Assembly: GCA_963803845.1 (NCBI GenBank) | Contig: CAWDNZ010000004.1 | Coordinates: 1,932,801 to 1,996,800, forward strand | Direction of reading: 5' to 3' | Origin: an uncultured Acidimicrobiales bacterium | Lineage (GTDB): Bacteria > Actinomycetota > Acidimicrobiia > Acidimicrobiales > SZUA-35 | DNA: 64,000 bases | Shown: positions 57,783 to 64,000 of the stretch, piece after piece | Layout of the letters: every line of letters begins with the position of its first letter | Numbering within the stretch: position 1 is the first letter of the stretch | Program-made: the position numbers and the translations under genes | The notes under the pieces: generated by a model | What the model saw: the letters and a program-made list of their open reading frames with translations, nothing else | Database searches by the model: none | Told to the model about the DNA's origin: nothing

Positions 57783-60464
57783 ATGCCAAAGCTGATGTTG
57801 ATCGATGGGAATTCGCTGACCTACCGGGCGTTTTTTGCTCTCCCCGACGATTTGGCTACGGCATCGGGGCAGATCACCAATGCTGTTCTCGGTTTCACCA
57901 GCATGCTGATCAATCTCGTTCGCGATCATGAGCCGGACGCCATCGTGGTGGCCTTCGACCGGCCGGAGCCCACCTTCCGGCACAAAAAGGTGGATACCTA
58001 CAAGGCCGGGCGGGCGGCCGCTCCGGATGTCCTGAAGCAGCAGATGGGTTTGGTGCGAGAAGTACTGGAAGCCATTCGTATCCCAATGATCGATCTCCGG
58101 GGGTACGAAGCGGACGACATTATCGCCACCCTTGCCACCCAGGCGGCGGGCCAAGGGACCGATGTCCAAGTGGTCACGGGTGATCGGGATTGTTACCAGC
58201 TAGTTTCCGACCCCCACATCAGGGTGATCTACAACAAGCGAGGCGTCAGCGACTACGCCGATTACGACGAAGCCGGTATCCGAGACCGCACCGGGGTGGC
58301 GCCGGCTGACTATGTTCAGTACGCCGCACTGCGGGGCGACAAATCGGACAATCTCCCCGGTGTGCCCGGCGTTGGCGAGAAGACCGCCGCCAAGCTCATC
58401 AACACCTACGGCGGGATCGACGGGATCTACCAGCACCTGGATGACCTGACCCCGAAGTTGCGGGAAAATCTGGCCGCAAACGAGGAACAGGTTCGGCTCA
58501 ACCTCGAGATGATGTTGCTACTCCGTGATGTTCCGCTGGAGGTGACCGCGGCGGACTTCGCCGAACGGGCACCCTTCGACATTGAAGAGGTGAGGAAGGT
58601 CTTCGATTTCCTCGAATTCCGTTCCATGTATGTTCGATTTCTCGACGTATTTGCAGCAGATTCGTCGCCGACGGTGGCCGACAGCGACCGTGTAGAGATC
58701 ACACCATCCGTCGTCACGGTTACCGCCGACAGCCGTGACGCTGTGATCGAGAGCATTTCCGGAACTTCGGGTCCCATAGCCATCGCCGGGGGATGGGACG
58801 CCGGCCAATTGTCCGGTCTGGCGGTCTCGGTGGCGGGTCCCAGTGCAGCTGGCGACGGCACCGCCTGGTGGCTACCGATTTCTGACACCGAACTGTTCAA
58901 CGCAGTCCTGGCTGCGATCCAGCGGGCCGGCTTTGCCGCCCATGATGCAAAGCCGTTGCTTCGGGCGTTGCTATCCCGGGCCGCAATGCCACGCGTCTTC
59001 GGGTCAGCACTGGCGCTCGACACCGCTCTGGCCGCGTATTTGTTGGACCCCGCAGGCTCGTCGTATCCGCTGACGGCGGTGATCGACCAGCGAACGGCCC
59101 TCAAGCTACCCCTCCTGGATGTGGTGCCAGATGGACAGCTGGATTTCGGTGAGGGCCCACCGCCATCCACCGTGGCCGGCCTTCAGGCGGTTGCTGTGGC
59201 CGCTCTGATCGAGCCGCTTCAGAAAGCGCTGGAGGACGAGGGCCTGACCACGTTGAACTCCGATGTGGAAGTTCCTCTGGTGGGCGTTCTCGCCCGCATG
59301 GAACATCGCGGCATCGGAGTGGACCGCGCTGAACTGGAACGGATGAACGCCGAACTCATCGCTGAGGTTGCGGCCCTGCGCGATGCGATTCACGAAGACG
59401 CCGGGTATGAATTCAACGTCAATTCCACCAAGGTGCTCCGGGAGGTCCTGTTCGAAGACCTGGGACTCACCCCCGGTAAGAAGACCAAAACCGGTTTCAG
59501 TACTGACCAGGCAACGTTGGAGAAGCTGGAGGGTCAGCACCCGATCATCGAACACCTTCTCGCCTACAGAGAAGTAGAGAAGCTTCGCTCCACCTACGGC
59601 GCATCGTTGCTCGCCGAGGTAAAACCGGACGGGCGGATCCACGCCACGTTCAATCAGATGGTGGCCCGAACCGGCCGGCTCTCCAGCGAGCACCCCAATC
59701 TTCACAACATTCCTGTGCGCTCCGAGCGTGGTCGGTCCTTCCGTAAAGCGTTCGCGGCCGCCCCGGGGCATCAACTCCTTGTGGCGGACTACAACCAGAT
59801 CGAGTTGCGCTGCATCGCTCACCTCGCCGAAGACCCCGGTCTGATGGAGGCCTTCACCTCTGGGGCTGATGTTCACAATTCGGTGGCGGCCCGGGTGTTC
59901 GATGTGCCGATCGATGAGGTGAGCTTCGAACAGCGGAGCAAGGCCAAGATGGTGAGTTATGGGTTGGCCTATGGCATGGAGGCGTACGGTCTGGGCCAGC
60001 GGCTGGGAATCAAGACCTCAGAGGCGACGGAGATTCTCGACGCGTACTTCGAGGGATTCCCGGCGGTCCGGGACTACATGGACTTCACCGTCACCGAGGC
60101 CCGAAACAAGGGGTACACCGAGACGCTCTTCGGGCGGCGCCGCGCCATCCCGGAGCTGCGGAGCGATAATCGCAATACGCGCCAGGCTGGCGAACGACAG
60201 GCCATGAACGCCGGCATCCAGGGGTTGGCGGCCGACATCTTCAAAGTGGCGCTTGTTGGGTTGGACCGAGCGATTGACGATGCCGGGATCGCTTCGGCCG
60301 TTGTGCTCCAGGTCCACGACGAGGTGATACTGGAGGTTCCCGACGCGGAAACCGACGTCGCGGAGCAATTGGTCCGCCACGAGCTCTCCACCGCCTTCGA
60401 GCTGGCGGTCCCGTTGGAGGTCAACCTCAGCTTCGGCGCCACCTGGGCCGACGCCAAGGGCTAG
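57783..60464 (+). CDS. polA: DNA polymerase I
   Basis: 5'-nuclease N-terminus 'LMLIDGNSLTYRAFFAL' and polymerase motifs 'LLVADYNQIELRCIAHL', 'RSKAKMVSYGLAYG', 'LQVHDEVILE'. Confidence 0.96.
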   Translation: MPKLMLIDGNSLTYRAFFALPDDLATASGQITNAVLGFTSMLINLVRDHEPDAIVVAFDRPEPTFRHKKVDTYKAGRAAAPDVLKQQMGLVREVLEAIRIPMIDLRGYEADDIIATLATQAAGQGTDVQVVTGDRDCYQLVSDPHIRVIYNKRGVSDYADYDEAGIRDRTGVAPADYVQYAALRGDKSDNLPGVPGVGEKTAAKLINTYGGIDGIYQHLDDLTPKLRENLAANEEQVRLNLEMMLLLRDVPLEVTAADFAERAPFDIEEVRKVFDFLEFRSMYVRFLDVFAADSSPTVADSDRVEITPSVVTVTADSRDAVIESISGTSGPIAIAGGWDAGQLSGLAVSVAGPSAAGDGTAWWLPISDTELFNAVLAAIQRAGFAAHDAKPLLRALLSRAAMPRVFGSALALDTALAAYLLDPAGSSYPLTAVIDQRTALKLPLLDVVPDGQLDFGEGPPPSTVAGLQAVAVAALIEPLQKALEDEGLTTLNSDVEVPLVGVLARMEHRGIGVDRAELERMNAELIAEVAALRDAIHEDAGYEFNVNSTKVLREVLFEDLGLTPGKKTKTGFSTDQATLEKLEGQHPIIEHLLAYREVEKLRSTYGASLLAEVKPDGRIHATFNQMVARTGRLSSEHPNLHNIPVRSERGRSFRKAFAAAPGHQLLVADYNQIELRCIAHLAEDPGLMEAFTSGADVHNSVAARVFDVPIDEVSFEQRSKAKMVSYGLAYGMEAYGLGQRLGIKTSEATEILDAYFEGFPAVRDYMDFTVTEARNKGYTETLFGRRRAIPELRSDNRNTRQAGERQAMNAGIQGLAADIFKVALVGLDRAIDDAGIASAVVLQVHDEVILEVPDAETDVAEQLVRHELSTAFELAVPLEVNLSFGATWADAKG

Positions 60465-60705
60465 CTGGGTTTGCACCTTACTCAAGGCAGTATTATGCCC
60501 GGTGGTGCGGCTCAAGGGATGGTTACGCCGGTGGAGGCGGCGTTGGAACGGGGCGCTATCGGATCGCTGTCTGGACCCGTGCCGGTGCAGCCAACTACCG
60601 CGTGGAAGTGCGCCGCTGCTAGCCTAAGCGCTCCATGCTGAGACATCCTCGGCGGTTCGCTGCTGCTGAAGCAGCTGAGCTTCTCTAGAAAGTATTCCCT
60701 CCTCC

Positions 60706-62157
60706 GTGACCGACATCTCTACCGACATCGCAGCACCAACCGAGGGCGACCAGTCCTCCAACCCCAAGCCAGAAGCGTACGTTCCTCGCCAAATCGTCTT
60801 CAATGACCTTGCTGACCAGCTCGACGAGGCCTACACGAAGTCAATGATCTCCATCGAGGACGGTCAACTCGTCTCGGGCACGGTGGTTCGGGTTGACAAG
60901 GACGAAGTACTTCTCGACATCGGGTTCAAGAGTGAAGGTGTCATCCCGGCTCGGGAACTCTCCATCCGTAACGACGTGGATCCTGACCGCATCGTGTCGG
61001 TGGGCGATCAGATCGAGGCGCTGGTCCTCCAGCGTGAGGACAAAGAAGGCCGTCTCCTCCTGTCCAAGAAGCGGGCGCAGTACGAGCGAGCCTGGGGAAC
61101 CATTGAAGATGTCAAAGAAGCAGACGGCGTCGTCTCCGGTTTGGTGATCGAAGTCGTCAAGGGTGGCCTGATCGTCGATATCGGTCTCCGGGGCTTCCTC
61201 CCGGCGTCGCTGGTGGAATTGCGGCGGGTGCGGGACCTCCAGCCCTACGTTGGCCAAACCGTCCACGCCAAGATCATCGAGCTCGATAAGAACCGCAACA
61301 ATGTGGTTCTCTCCCGACGGGGCTACCTCGAAGAAACGCAGAAGGAACAGCGTGAGGACTTTCTTGAGAACCTCAAGCCGGGCGAGGTCCGCAACGGTGT
61401 CATCTCCTCGGTCGTCAACTTCGGTGCGTTCGTGGATCTCGGTGGCATGGATGGCCTCATTCACGTCTCGGAGCTGTCGTGGAAGCACGTCGATCACCCC
61501 AATTCTGTCGTACAGGTTGGTGACGAGGTCACCGTCCAGGTGCTCGAAGTCGACTTCAGCCGGGAGCGCATCAGCCTTTCGCTGAAGGCCACCCAGCAGG
61601 ACCCTTGGCAAGAATTCGCCACGAGCCACCGCGTTGGCGAACTCGTCTACGGCCGGGTCACCAAACTGGTGCCGTTCGGTTCCTTCGTCCAAGTAGGCGA
61701 CGGCATCGAGGGTCTCGTGCACATCTCCGAGATGTCCGCTCACCATGTGGACCTTCCGGAGCAGGTTGTCACCCCCGGCGAGGAGCTGTGGGTCAAAATC
61801 ATCGATATCGACCTCCAGCGCCGGCGCATCAGCCTTTCCATCAAGCAGGCTGCCGAAGGTGGCGTTGTGGCTCAGGAATACCAGGAGCATTTCGGCGAGC
61901 ACGCCTTCGATGCCGATGGCAACTACATCGGCCCGACCGAGGTGGATCCTGCTACCGAGGCGGCTTGGGCGGAGTACTACGAGGAACTCGAAGAGGACAA
62001 GGCCGAAGCTGCCACCCCGTCGGTGTATACCTCTGAGGCCCCCGAGGAAACCGCAGCAGAAGAAGTTCCCGCCGCTCAAGAAGCTGCCGCGGAGGAAGCT
62101 CCCGCTGCTGAGGCAACAGAGGATCCCGCCCCCGAGGTCGCCGAGGACCCTGCATAG
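60706..62157 (+). CDS. rpsA: 30S ribosomal protein S1
   Basis: Four S1/OB repeats ('G.VV.V....V.LDIG.K.EG.IP..EL', 'GLIHVSELSWKHV') and an acidic Ala/Glu/Pro-rich tail. GTG start. Confidence 0.95.
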   Translation: MTDISTDIAAPTEGDQSSNPKPEAYVPRQIVFNDLADQLDEAYTKSMISIEDGQLVSGTVVRVDKDEVLLDIGFKSEGVIPARELSIRNDVDPDRIVSVGDQIEALVLQREDKEGRLLLSKKRAQYERAWGTIEDVKEADGVVSGLVIEVVKGGLIVDIGLRGFLPASLVELRRVRDLQPYVGQTVHAKIIELDKNRNNVVLSRRGYLEETQKEQREDFLENLKPGEVRNGVISSVVNFGAFVDLGGMDGLIHVSELSWKHVDHPNSVVQVGDEVTVQVLEVDFSRERISLSLKATQQDPWQEFATSHRVGELVYGRVTKLVPFGSFVQVGDGIEGLVHISEMSAHHVDLPEQVVTPGEELWVKIIDIDLQRRRISLSIKQAAEGGVVAQEYQEHFGEHAFDADGNYIGPTEVDPATEAAWAEYYEELEEDKAEAATPSVYTSEAPEETAAEEVPAAQEAAAEEAPAAEATEDPAPEVAEDPA

Positions 62158-62186
62158 TCTGATCCCCCCGTACTACAACTGATCAC

Positions 62187-62231
62187 GACCCACCGCCGGA
62201 TTCTCAGACTGCGGTGGGTCGAGATCGTTTT
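62187..62231 (+). terminator. probable rpsA terminator hairpin
   Basis: GACCCACCGC-(14 nt)-GCGGTGGGTC followed by 'gagatcgtttt', 30 nt after the rpsA stop. Confidence 0.6.
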
Positions 62232-62338
62232 GGGGAAAACTCAAGAATTGCTAAGCCGAGGGACCAAACAAGCCGACAGGTTCTCCTGAGCAGATAAGCG
62301 CCAGTCGTAGGGCTGGCCTGACCTTTCAGGAGAGTGTC

Positions 62339-63322
62339 GTGAACTCACGGCGAACGATCATCCTTGTTGTAGCAATTGCGATGGCTGGCCTTGCCGCTAT
62401 GGGTTTGCTGATCTATGTCAGAGGCATTGAAGACAATGTCTATGCGGGTCGGGAACTTGTAACGGTCTGGGTTGCTGAGGGAGAGATTCCCAAAGGCGCC
62501 AGCGGTAGCGATCTCGAAGAGCGTGGCCTCATCGTTGAGAAGCAGATCCCTACGGAGTTCGCTCCTGATCTGAAGATCAACGTGCCACGGGAAGAGATCG
62601 TTGGTCTTGTCGCTGTGAACAACATTCCGGCCAACCAGACAATCGTCAAGGGCATGTTTGCCGCACCGGCGATCGTCCAGACCGGCGTCACCGATCGCTT
62701 GGACGAGCGGGTGGACGACGAAGAGAACCTTCGCCGCCGTGACATGACCACCTTCACGTTCAACGTTGGTCAGACCAACGGCGTGGCCGGTCTGCTCGAG
62801 CCAGGTGACTTCGTGAACATCATGACAGCCCGTCCGCTTCCCGCGGTACCCGGAGCCGAAACCGACGCAAACGGTGACCCCGTGGACCCCGTAACCGCTC
62901 CGTCCGCCGAGCCCGATCCCGAGTTGGTTCGGACCGGCAGTGTGTATAACACGGACGCCCGCTACGTCTACCAGAAGGCCGAGATCTTGGCGATCGACAC
63001 CCGCCTCCCGGCGACGGTGGATTCGGCTGAGGAAGAAGTGGTTGTCACCGGTGGCGGTCTCATCACCCTGGCCGTGCCACCCGAAGTCGCTCAGATCATG
63101 TACTCGATCGATGACTTCTACCTCACGCTGGTCTCCCCGGACTATGAGCCATGGCCGTTGCCTCCCCTCGATCTGAACATTGAGCAGTTCCCGGGCGAGC
63201 GGTGTGAACTGCTGACCCCGTACGGCGCTCCGACGCCGGAGACCGAAGAAGACTCGACCGTATGCGAACGCTACGAGGAGGACCTGCTCCAGCAGTCCTT
63301 GATCACTAATGCGAGGCCGTAA
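62339..63322 (+). CDS. cpaB: Flp/Tad pilus assembly protein CpaB/RcpC-like (SAF domain)
   Basis: N-terminal anchor 'RRTIILVVAIAMAGLAAMGLLIYV', a SAF-like region 'V..A...IP.G' and beta-clip repeats; followed by a CpaE/TadZ-like gene. Confidence 0.65.
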   Translation: MNSRRTIILVVAIAMAGLAAMGLLIYVRGIEDNVYAGRELVTVWVAEGEIPKGASGSDLEERGLIVEKQIPTEFAPDLKINVPREEIVGLVAVNNIPANQTIVKGMFAAPAIVQTGVTDRLDERVDDEENLRRRDMTTFTFNVGQTNGVAGLLEPGDFVNIMTARPLPAVPGAETDANGDPVDPVTAPSAEPDPELVRTGSVYNTDARYVYQKAEILAIDTRLPATVDSAEEEVVVTGGGLITLAVPPEVAQIMYSIDDFYLTLVSPDYEPWPLPPLDLNIEQFPGERCELLTPYGAPTPETEEDSTVCERYEEDLLQQSLITNARP

Positions 63323-64000
63323 TGGGAGACCTGGACCTATCGTTCGGGCTTGATGATTTCTCCGACTTCGGAGTCGAGCCCGAACCCGAGACAACTGAAG
63401 AGCCCGACTCGTCGGCCCCGGGGCTTCGGCCCCAGATGGCCAACGGGGCTGCGGTGGCTGTCGTCGACGCCGATCAGGCGGTCCGGGACTACCTGGCGGC
63501 TCAGTTTGGTGAAGGTGCGGGAACCGCATCAAGCCTGACCGAGTTGGAGGGTCGACTCGGCATGGGCCCAGTCGTCGTGATTCTCGGCCCGTCGTGCGCC
63601 GATCCCAGCGATCTGGCCACCATCCAGACATGGACTCGCACGCACCCTGAGGTCGGCTCCATTCTGGTGACCAGCGAAGTGTCCACAGCGTTGCTTCAAA
63701 GCGCCATGCGGGCCGGTGTTCGAGATGTGCTTTCGGCCCCGATCGACCAGATGCAGCTGCAGGACACTGTGGAACGCGTGGCTGAAGGTCTCGTTGGAAG
63801 TGGATCTGGAAAGCCAACGACGGTCGCCCCTGGCGACGGCGTGGACGTGTTGAACGAGCTCGAGGGCGACCCGGGCATGATCATCACCGTCTTCTCCACC
63901 AAGGGGGGCTCCGGCAAGTCGGTGACCGCTACGAATATTGCGTGTTCTCTGGCGATGCGGTCGGATCGGCCCGTCGTTCTCATCGACGGCCACCTGCAGT
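63322..64000 (+). CDS. CpaE/TadZ-like protein (receiver-like N-domain plus MinD/ParA-type ATPase), 3'-truncated by the window end
   Basis: Open frame from the ATG at 63322 (overlaps the cpaB TAA by 1 nt) to the window end. A pseudo-receiver 'VVILGP...ILVTSEVSTALLQSAMRAGVRDVL' is followed by a deviant Walker A 'ITVFSTKGGSGKSVTATNIA'. It is absent from the ORF track because no stop lies in the window. Confidence 0.7.
   Translation, partial: MGDLDLSFGLDDFSDFGVEPEPETTEEPDSSAPGLRPQMANGAAVAVVDADQAVRDYLAAQFGEGAGTASSLTELEGRLGMGPVVVILGPSCADPSDLATIQTWTRTHPEVGSILVTSEVSTALLQSAMRAGVRDVLSAPIDQMQLQDTVERVAEGLVGSGSGKPTTVAPGDGVDVLNELEGDPGMIITVFSTKGGSGKSVTATNIACSLAMRSDRPVVLIDGHLQ

Overview
GC-rich chromosomal segment, most likely from an Actinomycetota genome. 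The markers are a Bpa/PafE proteasome activator ortholog, an MshD-like mycothiol synthase, an RsrA-type ZAS anti-sigma factor next to an ECF sigma, and pdtaR-polA-rpsA synteny. No transposase, integrase, CRISPR array or recognisable defence genes were seen. Layout: (1) 0-9 kb: patatin-like lipase, an orphan secreted protein, an alkaline-phosphatase-family protein, bpa, a nucleotide-sugar dehydrogenase and dnaE. (2) 9-10.8 kb: a convergent SRPBCC/putative-oxygenase pair bracketed by inverted copies of a repeated intergenic element. (3) 10.8-31.2 kb: a large cell-surface polysaccharide locus. It holds CDP-hexose genes rfbF-rfbG plus an RfbC-like epimerase, fcl, several GT2/GT4/WecB-TagA transferases, two Wzz-BY-kinase genes, an LMW-PTP, a Wzy-like protein, a small phosphoglycosyl transferase, a beta-helix lipoprotein and a GT2-GtrA fusion. 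(4) 31.4-35.9 kb: menG, rlmN, mshD and hisD. (5) 36.4-48.5 kb: a translationally coupled chain hisB-hisH-hisA-hisF-(GroES-like)-hisI-trpE. It is followed by an opposite-strand SGNH/MBOAT O-acyltransferase pair, ygfZ, and trpC-trpF-trpB-trpA. (6) 48.5-56.6 kb, minus strand: leuA, sigma/anti-sigma, glbO and a complete type II FAS operon fabD-fabH-fabG-acpP-fabF-fabZ. (7) 56.7-64 kb: tRNA-Leu(CAA), pdtaR, polA, rpsA and the start of a Tad/Flp pilus locus. The most interesting observations are these. First, a GroES-fold protein inside the his-trp operon carries a C-terminal extension ending G-L-Y-L, the same G-x-Y-L pattern as the proteasome-docking tail of the Bpa ortholog in this window. Second, FabD is fused to a BCCP-like domain that lacks the biotinyl-lysine. 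Third, an iteron-like motif T[G/A]TCACCT-N4-CAGA recurs in intergenic regions. Fourth, two textbook intrinsic terminators sit in 5' leaders of minus-strand genes (hisD and GT2-GtrA). Fifth, two envelope genes (a GT4 and an MBOAT) are frameshifted. All functional calls rest on motif recognition by eye and recalled family knowledge; no database search was possible.
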